A stretch of 27,702 nt of DNA, from assembly GCA_016184305.1 (NCBI GenBank), contig JACPCX010000111.1, forward strand, positions 1-27,702. The letters run 5' to 3'. The notes beneath the pieces are model-generated. The model was given only the letters and a program-made list of their open reading frames with translations, made no database searches and was not told the origin of the DNA. The translations under genes were made by a program, and so were the position numbers. The first letter of the stretch is position 1; the number at the start of each line of letters is the position of its first letter. The stretch is from Candidatus Rokuibacteriota bacterium (GTDB lineage: Bacteria > Methylomirabilota > Methylomirabilia > Rokubacteriales > CSP1-6). Shown here in pieces: positions 1 to 7,333 of this stretch.

Positions 1-567
1 ATGCAGATCGCGCGGGTCACCGGCGGCCACTGGGATACCTCCCACCGCGCGGCCTGCGACATCGTGCGAGAGACGGTGTGCTGCGAGATTCCCCGCCTGG
101 CCGACCTCGTCATCGTCTCGAACGGCGGCTACCCCAAGGACATCAACATGTGGCAGTCCAGCAAGACGATCGACAACGCCGTGCGGGCCGTCGCCCCGGG
201 CGGCGTCATGCTCTGGCTGACCTGCTGCAGCGACGGCCTCGGCGCCGAGGAGTTCGCCACGGCCCTGAAGGAGGGTGGCGACAAGCAGCACACCGAGGAC
301 CTCATGCGGCGCAAGTTCACGATCGGGGCGCTGGTCACCTACGTGATCCAGAAGCACGCCAGCCGGTGCCGGGTGCTGATCGTCACCGCGCTCGAGGAGC
401 GCCACTGCCGGCAGCTGGGCCTGGAGCGGGTGAGGTCAGCGGCCGAGGGGCTGAGGGCCGCCCACGCGCAGCTCGGCCGGACGCCCGCGACCTATGTCAT
501 GCCCCACGGCGGGTCGGTAGTGCCGGTGCTCAGGCGGCAACCGGCGCGGGCGGTCGCCGCCGGCTGA
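1..567 (+). CDS. larA: LarA-family (nickel-pincer) lactate racemase/epimerase homologue, C-terminal part (5' end probably outside window)
   Basis: ADLVIVSNGGYPKDINMWQSSKTIDNAVRAVAPGG..CSDGLG and terminal YVMPHGGSVVP match the LarA/DUF2088 C-terminal half; at 188 aa it is too short to be complete. Confidence 0.75.
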   Translation: MQIARVTGGHWDTSHRAACDIVRETVCCEIPRLADLVIVSNGGYPKDINMWQSSKTIDNAVRAVAPGGVMLWLTCCSDGLGAEEFATALKEGGDKQHTEDLMRRKFTIGALVTYVIQKHASRCRVLIVTALEERHCRQLGLERVRSAAEGLRAAHAQLGRTPATYVMPHGGSVVPVLRRQPARAVAAG

Positions 568-2020
568 GAAGCGGGGCGGTGAGGGCGGCGGCGGTGGCGA
601 GCAGCAGGACGAGCGAGATCGGGCGCGTCACAAACGGGAGGAAGCTCCCCTGCGATAGCGCCAGCGCCTGGCGCAGCGCCTCTTCCAGGGGGCGGCCGAG
701 GATCAGGGCCAGCACCAGCGGGGCCGCCTCGAAGCCGAGCTTCCGGAGCAGATAGCCCCCGATGCCGAAGCAGACCATGGTCAGCACCTCCGCCACCTGT
801 CCCGTGACGCTGTAGGCTCCGATGAGGCAGAAGAGGACGATTGCGGGCGCCAGGATCGGGTAGGGCACGCGGAGGATCTGGATGAAGAGCCCTACCAGCG
901 GCAGGTTCAGGATGAGGAGCAGCACATTGCCGAGGTACATGCTCGTGATCGTGCCCCAGAAGAGATCGGGGCGCTCGCTGATCAAGAGCGGCCCCGGGCG
1001 GATGCCGTGCAGCGTCAGCGCCGCGAGCATCATCGCCATCACCACGTTGGCGGGGATGCCGAGGGTGAGCAACGGGACGAAGGAACCCGTGGCCGCCGCG
1101 TTGTTGGCGGCCTCGGGTCCCGCCACGCCCTCGATGGCGCCCTGACCCAGCCGGTCCCGATTCCGGGCGAAGCGCTTCTCCGTCACGTAGGAGGCGATGG
1201 AGGCGACGGTGGCGCCGCCGCCGGGCAGCACGCCGAGGAAGAAGCCGAGGACGGTCCCCCGCGCCACGGGCGCCAGCGAGTCGCGGAAATCCTGCCGCGC
1301 GGGGAGCAGATCGCCGGGCGTTGCGAGCCGCTGCTGGTCGGGCGGGCGCTCCATGGTCTCCAGCACCTCCGCGATGCCGAACAGGCCCATGAAGACCGGG
1401 ACGAGATCGATGCCGTCCAGCAGGGTCTGGGCGCCGAAGGTGAAGCGCTCCACGCCGGCCACGGGGTCCTGTCCGACCGTGGCGAGCAAGAGCCCGACCA
1501 CCGCCATGGCAAGCGCGCGCAGCAGCGACGCGCCGCCGAGGTAGGCCACGAGGGTGAGGCGCAGCACCATGAGGCTCGCGTATTCCCAGGGTCCGAAGGC
1601 CAGCGCGAAGCGTCCCAGGAGCGGCGCCACCAGCATGAGGCCGATGACGGAGGCGGTGCCCGACACGAAGGAGGCGATGGCCGCCATGCCGAGCGCGGCG
1701 CCCGCGCGCCCGCGGCGAGTCATCTCGTAGCCGTCGTAACACGTCACCATGGAGGACGACTCGCCGGGGATGCGCACCAGGATGGAGGTGGTGGAGCCGC
1801 CGTACTGGCTGCCGTAGTAGATGCCGGCCAGCATGATCACGGCCGAGACGGGCTCCAGGCGGTAGGTCACCGGCAGGAGCAGCGCGATCGTCGCCGCGGG
1901 GCCGAGCCCCGGGAGCACGCCCACCACGGTGCCCACCACGACGCCGACGACGCAGTAGAGGATGTGCGCGGGCTCGAGCGCCACCGCGAACCCAGCGAGA
2001 ATCGCCGATACCGTGTCCAC
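530..2020 (-). CDS. tctA: Tripartite tricarboxylate transporter large permease TctA
   Basis: GVLPGLGPAATIALLLP, IYYGSQYGGSTTSILVRIPGE and GPEAANNAA..PLLTLGIP signatures; 496 aa, hydrophobic. Confidence 0.95.
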   Translation of the reverse strand: MDTVSAILAGFAVALEPAHILYCVVGVVVGTVVGVLPGLGPAATIALLLPVTYRLEPVSAVIMLAGIYYGSQYGGSTTSILVRIPGESSSMVTCYDGYEMTRRGRAGAALGMAAIASFVSGTASVIGLMLVAPLLGRFALAFGPWEYASLMVLRLTLVAYLGGASLLRALAMAVVGLLLATVGQDPVAGVERFTFGAQTLLDGIDLVPVFMGLFGIAEVLETMERPPDQQRLATPGDLLPARQDFRDSLAPVARGTVLGFFLGVLPGGGATVASIASYVTEKRFARNRDRLGQGAIEGVAGPEAANNAAATGSFVPLLTLGIPANVVMAMMLAALTLHGIRPGPLLISERPDLFWGTITSMYLGNVLLLILNLPLVGLFIQILRVPYPILAPAIVLFCLIGAYSVTGQVAEVLTMVCFGIGGYLLRKLGFEAAPLVLALILGRPLEEALRQALALSQGSFLPFVTRPISLVLLLATAAALTAPLLSRRRPPAPVAA

Positions 2021-2037
2021 GCGTCAGCCGCCTCGCG

Positions 2038-2520
2038 TCAGGGCAGCCAGAGCCCCGCGGGCAACTCGACCCGCAGCAGGCGGCCGAAGAGCAGGTAGGA
2101 GCCTGCCGAGCCTATCGCACCCGTGAGCAGCGTCGCCGTCCACCCGCGGCCGCCCACCCAGCGCACCATCACCACGAAGAGGGCGGCCGTGGTGAGGAGA
2201 TAGCCCGCCGTTCCCACGAGCAGCACGTACCCCAGGAGCGTGGCCGTCATGAGGAGGACGCGGCGGCGTCCCGCCCCGTCGGCCCACTGTTCTCTCAGGT
2301 CGGCGCCCGGGTGGCGCAACCCGCGCGTCAGGAGTGCCAGGGAGAGCACCGCGAGGAGGACCGCGAGGGCTCGCGGGAAGAAACCGGGGCCCGGCTGGGT
2401 GATCGTGCCCCAGGACAGGCTTCCGCCGGTGACGAAAGCTCCGAGAGCGACCAGAAGCAGCGCCGCGCCGGCGACGAGATCGGCTCGCGCGGCGAGCGGC
2501 CGCAGATCGGGGTCGGTCAC
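2038..2520 (-). CDS. tctB: Tripartite tricarboxylate transporter small permease TctB
   Basis: GTG at 2520 overlaps the tctC stop; PGPGFFP motif, about 4 TM segments, C-terminal F..LL.V.LP.G; lies between tctC and tctA. Confidence 0.9.
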   Translation of the reverse strand: MTDPDLRPLAARADLVAGAALLLVALGAFVTGGSLSWGTITQPGPGFFPRALAVLLAVLSLALLTRGLRHPGADLREQWADGAGRRRVLLMTATLLGYVLLVGTAGYLLTTAALFVVMVRWVGGRGWTATLLTGAIGSAGSYLLFGRLLRVELPAGLWLP

Positions 2521-3503
2521 TGGGTGATGTCCACCGACTTGAGGAGCGCCCCCAGCGTCTCGGTCTCCTCCTTGATGAAGCCGTCCACCCCCGCGCCCGT
2601 CAGGAAATGGCTCGCCAGGCCGTTCTGCTGGAGGAAGGCCTTCCAGGAGGGCTCCTGCGCCGCTCGGGTGATGGCGGTGACGAGCGTCGCCTTCTGCGGC
2701 GCCGGGAGATCCCTCGGCGCGGCGATGCCCTGCCACGGTCCGGGCGGCACGCCGACGATGCCCTGCGCCTTGAGCGTCGGCACCTCCGGCAGCTTCTCCG
2801 AGCGTGCCTCGCCGAAGGTGGCGAGCACGCGCAAGCCCCCGCCTGCGACGGCGTGGGGCAGCACCTCCACCTGGGAGAACACCCCGCTCGCCGCGTGGCC
2901 GCCGAGGACCGCGGCGATTTCCTTGGCGCCGCCGGCGAAGTGGACGATGTTGAGCCTCGCCCCGCTCTTCTGGCCGAGCGCCGCCGCGGCGAGGTGAGTG
3001 AGCGCGCCCGCGCCCGCTGTCCCGACGCTCACGCTTCCCGGCGCCTTGCGGGCCGCGTCCAGGTATTCGGCCAGGCTGCGGTATGGTGAGGCAGCCGGCA
3101 CGGCGAGCACGAAGGTCTCGAGGCTCAGGCGCGCGAGGTGGGTGAAGTCCGTGGCGGGGAACTTCGCCTGACCGCGCAGCGTGGTGGTCACGAGGAAGCC
3201 ACCGGTCATGCCGAGCGTGTAACCGTCGGCTTTCGAGCCGTGGAGCTTGGTCGTGCCGACAGCGCTGCCCGCACCCGGGAGGTTCTGGACGGTCACCGCC
3301 TGGCCGAGGTGCATCTTCAGTGCCTCGGCGAAGGCACGAGCGACGAGATCGGTGCCGCCGCCCGCGTTGAACGGGACGATGAGCGAGACCGGCTGGCTCG
3401 GGTACTTGTCCTGGGCGGTCGCAGGCCCACTCGCGAGGGCCGCTGCCGCGAGGGCCAATGCCGCGAGGCGGATGGTCGGGGACAGCCTGAGTGGTCGTGT
3501 CAT
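2517..3503 (-). CDS. tctC: TctC/Bug-family substrate-binding protein
   Basis: Signal peptide, YPSQPVSLIVPFNAGGGTDLVAR, NLPGAGSAVG, LPEVPTLK; SD AGGAGG upstream. Confidence 0.95.
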   Translation of the reverse strand: MTRPLRLSPTIRLAALALAAAALASGPATAQDKYPSQPVSLIVPFNAGGGTDLVARAFAEALKMHLGQAVTVQNLPGAGSAVGTTKLHGSKADGYTLGMTGGFLVTTTLRGQAKFPATDFTHLARLSLETFVLAVPAASPYRSLAEYLDAARKAPGSVSVGTAGAGALTHLAAAALGQKSGARLNIVHFAGGAKEIAAVLGGHAASGVFSQVEVLPHAVAGGGLRVLATFGEARSEKLPEVPTLKAQGIVGVPPGPWQGIAAPRDLPAPQKATLVTAITRAAQEPSWKAFLQQNGLASHFLTGAGVDGFIKEETETLGALLKSVDITQ

Positions 3504-3533
3504 GGCTCTGGCCTCCTGGGCCCAGCGCCGCCG

Positions 3534-3563
3534 ACACTACCAGATGCCGTCACTGTTCGCCAA
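3534..3563 (-). promoter_or_regulatory. Putative sigma70 promoter of tctCBA
   Basis: Minus strand TTGGCG-18 nt-TAGTGT with an extended TG, upstream of SD AGGAGG. Confidence 0.45.
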
Positions 3564-3572
3564 GACGCGGAA

Positions 3573-3607
3573 CCCTCTCCCCTCGGGGGAGAGGGCCGGG
3601 TGAGGGG
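3573..3607. repeat. REP-like palindromic repeat (copy 1)
   Basis: CCCTCTCCCC-TCG-GGGGAGAGGG hairpin plus CCGGGTGAGGGG tail; its reverse complement is near-identical to 10984-11019. Confidence 0.85.
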
Positions 3608-3615
3608 AGCCGCGC

Positions 3616-3672
3616 GGTATAGAATGCACGGGTGGACAGGGTTCTCGAGGTGATGGTCGATGCCGCCCGCGC
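3616..3672 (+). repeat. 57-bp direct repeat: copy of the hisN -10 element and first ~14 codons (partner 6541-6597)
   Basis: 52/57 identical to 6541-6597 by manual alignment; reads MDRVLEVMVDAARA versus MDRVLEAMVEAARA. Confidence 0.9.
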
Positions 3673-3821
3673 CCGAGATGTCGCCGCTCATGGTCGCCGC
3701 CCTCGGAGGCCGCGCCACAGCGGATAGGCAGCGGCGGTTCGGGGAACTGTGGCAGGCGCGGGTGCGTGACACCCTCGACGGCGACCCGGCCCGGGTCGTC
3801 CAGGTCGCCAGGGTCGCCTGA
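3660..3821 (+). pseudogene. C-terminal fragment of an FmdE-like hypothetical protein
   Basis: PPAPEMSPLMVAALGGRATADRQRRFGELWQARVRDTLDGDPARVVQV* resembles the F..WQ.RV..L C-terminus of FmdE-like proteins; N-terminal part absent. Confidence 0.4.
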
Positions 3822-3824
3822 TCC

Positions 3825-4157
3825 ATGATCCGGGCGACGCTCAGGGGACACTACCGCGAGGACGGCCGGTACCCCGCCGCGATGGTGAACATCACCAACC
3901 GCTGCAACCTCTCCTGCCAGCACTGCTTCGTCTTCCGCGACGGCAACCCGAACGCGGAGCCACCCTCGGCGCGCGAGGAGATGCCGGACGAGGCCATTCT
4001 CGAGACGTTGGCGGAGCTCCGCGATCGACACGGCTACGGCAACGACGTGGACTGCGCTCGCTGCGGCGCCTGGGTGGTCTTCAGCCTCGCCGCGAAGTTC
4101 GGCGTGGGGGACGGGAGCGTCGCGCCTCAGGAGCGCGCGAGACGGCTCCTCCCTTAG
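3825..4157 (+). pseudogene. Radical SAM gene with a large in-frame internal deletion
   Basis: VNITNRCNLSCQHCF (CxxxCxxC) present but no GGEP motif or barrel; jumps at ~4033 to a Cys-containing C-terminus YGNDVDCARCGAW; only 110 aa. Confidence 0.75.
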
Positions 4158-4286
4158 CAGGTTGCCGCCAAAGACATGAAACAGGTTCCGTCCCTGATCG
4201 CGTGGGTGGACTTTACCCCGAGTGTCCCTGCTCGCCCCGCTCGGTTCGGAGGCCGTGGCGCCGCTCTGCCGTGGGGAGGGGGAGGC

Positions 4287-4466
4287 TCATGTGGGCTGCG
4301 CGACCGGGGTCAGGACTTTGGCCAGGCGCTTGAGGTCGAGGACCCAGCCGATCAGATGCGCTCCATCCTCGCCTCCCCCGACCCCCTGATCCCCCTCGTC
4401 CGAGACGAGCGCCACGATGAGCTTCCGCATGACGGGGGCGTCGTCCACGATGAGGATCCTGGCCAT
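4287..4466 (-). pseudogene. Truncated duplicate of the CheY-like gene fused to an unrelated (possibly CheW-like) C-terminus
   Basis: MARILIVDDAPVMRKLIVALVSDEGDQGVGGGED followed by GAHLIGWVLDLKRLAKVLTPVAQPT*; lacks the phosphoacceptor Asp. Confidence 0.7.
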
Positions 4467-4528
4467 GCTCTCGCTCCTGCGTCCGCGGTGTGGGCAGCGC
4501 CTCTGAGGGCCTGGGGGGCATCATGGCA
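4365..4528. repeat. 164-bp direct repeat, copy A (partner 5592-5755)
   Basis: 157/164 identical by manual alignment; contains the promoter, SD and first 34 codons of the CheY-like gene. Confidence 0.95.
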
Positions 4529-4591
4529 TACAGGCGCCGTTGCCCCCGGGGCTCCGCTTGCTTCACCGTGGCGCCCATGGCCTCAGCCGCG

Positions 4592-4615
4592 TGCTATGAT
4601 CTAGCTAGCTAGATC
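4592..4615 (+). promoter_or_regulatory. TA operon promoter with palindromic operator
   Basis: Extended -10 TG-c-TATGAT (4592-4600) overlapped by the perfect 18-bp palindrome GATCTAGCTAGCTAGATC (4598-4615). Confidence 0.7.
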
Positions 4616-4630
4616 TGAATGGAGGCTGTC

Positions 4631-4870
4631 ATGGATGTGGGTATCTACGAAGCGAAGTCGAAGCTCTCCCAGCTCGTCGAAAAGGCCGAAGCCGGTGAAG
4701 AGGTGATCCTTACCCGTCGGGGCCGCCCGGTGGCGAAGATCGTCAACGTCGCGCCCGCGACCAGGCGAAACCGCGCGCTGCTGCTTCGCGAGATTCGCGC
4801 CCTTGCCCGGAGAGTGAGGATTCCCAAGCGGGTGTCGATACGCGACATCGTCGCCGAAGGCCGCGACTGA
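4631..4870 (+). CDS. Type II antitoxin, Phd/YefM family
   Basis: MDVGIYEAKSKLSQLVEKAEAGEEVILTRRGRPVAKIV; SD GGAGG at 4621-4625 favours ATG 4631. Confidence 0.93.
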   Translation: MDVGIYEAKSKLSQLVEKAEAGEEVILTRRGRPVAKIVNVAPATRRNRALLLREIRALARRVRIPKRVSIRDIVAEGRD

Positions 4871-5272
4871 GTGCCCTTCGTCGCCGACAACTCGGTCGTG
4901 ATCGCGTGGTTCTCGCGCAGCCAGGCGACGCCCTACACGGATCGGTTCTACAGGAAGCTGGCCAACGACGAAGTGGTGGTGCCTTCGGTCTGGCCCTACG
5001 AGTTCGCGAATGCGCTGGCGGTGCTTGAGCGCCGGAAGCTCTTGACCGCAGCGCTCGCCGACGAGATCATCCGCAATGCCGCAACGCTCATCATCAGGAT
5101 AGAGACCCCACCGGCCCGGGCCGCCACCCTCCTGGCGCTGGCACGCCGGCACGGGCTCTCGGCTTACGACGCCGCGTATCTCGAACTTGCGCAGCGCCTG
5201 GGCATTCCCCTTGCCGCAAAGGATTCGCCCCTGTCCGCGGCCGCAAGCACGCTCGGCCTGCTCGGCGCCTGA
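4871..5272 (+). CDS. vapC: Type II toxin, PIN-domain VapC-family ribonuclease
   Basis: FVADNSVVIAW, WPYEFANAL, LSAYDAAYLELA, LAAKD supply the PIN acidic residues; abuts the antitoxin stop. Confidence 0.92.
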   Translation: MPFVADNSVVIAWFSRSQATPYTDRFYRKLANDEVVVPSVWPYEFANALAVLERRKLLTAALADEIIRNAATLIIRIETPPARAATLLALARRHGLSAYDAAYLELAQRLGIPLAAKDSPLSAAASTLGLLGA

Positions 5273-5318
5273 AGAATCCCGTTCGACTGTGGTTCCTGAG
5301 CGCGCGCCGCCGGGCGGG

Positions 5319-5693
5319 CTATGCCAGGCGGGAGGTGCGCGCTGCGTCCAGGCCGGCCGTGAGGTCGGCAGGCTGGATGGGCTTCATCAGGCTGGCCCGT
5401 GCGCCCGCCGCGCGGGCCGCCCGGTCCACCTCGGCCTGGGCCACCGAGGACGAGACCACGATGACGCGGGCGTTGCGGTCGCGCTCGAGGGTTTCCCGCG
5501 TCGCCTGCACGCCGTCCTTCCGGGGCATCATCAGGTCGATCAGCGGCACGTCGGGCCTGGTCGCGAGATAGAGCGTTACCGCCTGCTCTCGATCCTCGCC
5601 GTCCCCGACCCCCCGATGCCCCTCGTCCGAGACGAGCGCCACGATGAGCTTCCGCATGAAGGGGGCGTCGTCCACGATGAGGATCCTGGCCAT
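5319..5693 (-). CDS. Single-domain CheY-like response regulator (possibly decaying)
   Basis: ILIVDD, phosphoacceptor IDLMMP, VVSS and KP all present; SD AGGAG; several atypical substitutions (PDVPLID, DGEDREQ). Confidence 0.8.
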   Translation of the reverse strand: MARILIVDDAPFMRKLIVALVSDEGHRGVGDGEDREQAVTLYLATRPDVPLIDLMMPRKDGVQATRETLERDRNARVIVVSSSVAQAEVDRAARAAGARASLMKPIQPADLTAGLDAARTSRLA

Positions 5694-5755
5694 GCTCTTG
5701 CTCCTGCGTCCGCGGTGTGGGCAGCGCCTCTGAGGGCCGGGGGGGCATCATGGCA
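5592..5755. repeat. 164-bp direct repeat, copy B
   Basis: 157/164 identical to 4365-4528. Confidence 0.95.
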
Positions 5756-5756
5756 C

Positions 5757-5983
5757 AAGGGGGCGTCCATGGCCGTGTCCGGCCCCCGCGTGCTGGAGCT
5801 GGCCACGGGCGAGCAGGTCTCCGAGGAGGACCTCGGCGGCTGGCAGGTGCATGCCGAGGAGACGGGCTTCGCCGATGCCGTCGGCGAGGACGAGGCCTCG
5901 TCCCCGAGGCGCGAAACCGCGCCTATGACATGACGAAGGTGCTCCGGCGCATGGCCGATGGCGGCGAGGTGTTTCCCATACGA
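5757..5983 (+). pseudogene. Internal fragments of an acyl-CoA carboxylase carboxyltransferase subunit
   Basis: KGASMAVSGPRVLELATGEQVSEEDLGGWQVHAEETGFADAVGEDEA, then in another frame LVPEARNRAYDMTKVLRRMADGGEVFPIR; both match carboxyltransferase segments, with the intervening part missing. Confidence 0.75.
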
Positions 5984-6417
5984 TCCTGTCGGACTGGCGC
6001 GCCGCGGCGATGCGCTTCACCGCGCTCCTCGGGCTCGATCCGGCCCGCTTCTCGGCCATCGGCAGCGAGCGCTTCGGCTACGTCGGCACGCTCACGCTCT
6101 TCGACCCGCCGGCGCGGCTCGACCGCATCGAGATCTCGCAGGTGGTGAGCCCCACGAGCGCCATGGGCCGCTGGGTGGCCCGGCGCGGCGACTCGCTGTA
6201 CATGTGCTATGTCGAGGCTCCGGAGGTGCGGCTCATCATCGAGCGGCTCGAGGCACGCAGGGGCCGGTGGACGCCGCGGGGCGACGACCCCCGCGCCGAG
6301 CGCGACGGGCTCTGGGTCCACCCCTCCGCGCTCCACGGGCTCCTGCTCGGCGTCTCCCGCACCACGCTCGGCTGGGAGTGGTCCGGCCGCCCCCAGCTCG
6401 TCGCCCCGCTCCCGTAG
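5983..6417 (+). pseudogene. C-terminal half of a VOC/glyoxalase-like protein (5'-truncated)
   Basis: DWRAAAMRFTALLGL, RIEISQ, SAMGRWVARRGDSLYM, LWVHPSALHGLLLGVS resemble the VOC/methylmalonyl-CoA epimerase fold; no promoter or SD; joined directly to the carboxyltransferase fragment. Confidence 0.55.
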
Positions 6418-6544
6418 CGCCTCACCCGGGCGCCGATGGGGCGTCTCTCTTCGGGAACGGCGGACGAGATCGAGCGGCGACACCTCCTTCCCGGCGCCAC
6501 CGGCCGTGGCAGAGCCACGCGCGCTCTGCCAAGACTCGCCGGTA

Positions 6545-6556
6545 TAGAATGCCGGG
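6545..6556 (+). promoter_or_regulatory. Leaderless-type -10 element of hisN
   Basis: TAGAAT, 6 nt, then the GTG start; no SD. Confidence 0.6.
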
Positions 6557-7321
6557 GTGGACAGGGTCCTCGAGGCGATGGTCGAGGCCGCCCGCGCGGG
6601 CGGCGAGGTCGCGCTGGCGCATTTTCGGCGCGGCGCCGAGGCCACGCTGAAGCCCGACGGCTCCCCGGTCACCGAGGCCGATCGGGAGGCCGAGGAGGCG
6701 ATCGCCAGAACGCTCGGCGCGGCCTTTCCCGAGCACGGCGTCCTGGGCGAGGAGCTCGGCGCCCGCGGGCCGTCGGAGCGCCGGTTCATCGTGGACCCCA
6801 TCGACGGCACGCGCAACTTCATCCGGGGCATCCCGCTCTGGGCGACGCTTGTGGCGCTCGAGGAGCACGGCGAGGTGACGGCGGGCGTCGTCTATCAGCC
6901 CGTCACCCGGGATCTCCACACGGCACGCCGCGGGCAGGGCGCCTTCCTCAACGGGGAGCCCCTCCAGGTGTCGCGCATCGCCGCGCTCGAGGAGGCCACG
7001 CTGATCCACGCGACCCTGGGCGCCCTGCGCCGTGAAGGCCACTGGGATGCCTTCCTCAGGCTCGTGGACAGCACCCGGCTGCAGCGCGGCTTCGGCGACT
7101 TCCTCTGCTACACCATGGTGGCGGAGGGCAAGGGGGAGATCGCGCTGGCGCCCGGGGTGAAGCCCTGGGACCTGGCGGCGGTCAAGATCCTCGTCGAGGA
7201 GGCGGGCGGCCGCTTCACGGATCTGGCCGGCGCCTTCACCATCTACTCGGGCACGGCGCTCGGGACCAACGGCCGCCTGCACGACCTGGCCCTGGCATTG
7301 ATCCGCGGCCACTCGCCGTAA
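6557..7321 (+). CDS. hisN: Histidinol-phosphatase / inositol monophosphatase family
   Basis: KPDGSPVTEADREAE, GEE, VDPIDGTRNFIRGIPLWATLVAL, RGFGDF, KPWDLAA..VEEAGG. Confidence 0.85.
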   Translation: MDRVLEAMVEAARAGGEVALAHFRRGAEATLKPDGSPVTEADREAEEAIARTLGAAFPEHGVLGEELGARGPSERRFIVDPIDGTRNFIRGIPLWATLVALEEHGEVTAGVVYQPVTRDLHTARRGQGAFLNGEPLQVSRIAALEEATLIHATLGALRREGHWDAFLRLVDSTRLQRGFGDFLCYTMVAEGKGEIALAPGVKPWDLAAVKILVEEAGGRFTDLAGAFTIYSGTALGTNGRLHDLALALIRGHSP

Positions 7322-7333
7322 GGAGCCTCTCGT

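Noticed and set aside
2521..3537. 499-aa version of TctB
   Set aside because: Alternate-frame overlap with tctC; TctB homology starts at GTG 2520
5277..5296. tRNA fragment or att site (GTTCGACT)
   Set aside because: No T-stem pairing, acceptor stem or CCA context
4365..5755. DGR template/variable repeat pair
   Set aside because: The 7 mismatches are not confined to adenines on either strand, and no reverse transcriptase is present
6508..6530. Intrinsic terminator GGCAGAGC-N7-GCTCTGCC
   Set aside because: No U-tract on either strand; could be an operator but unsupported
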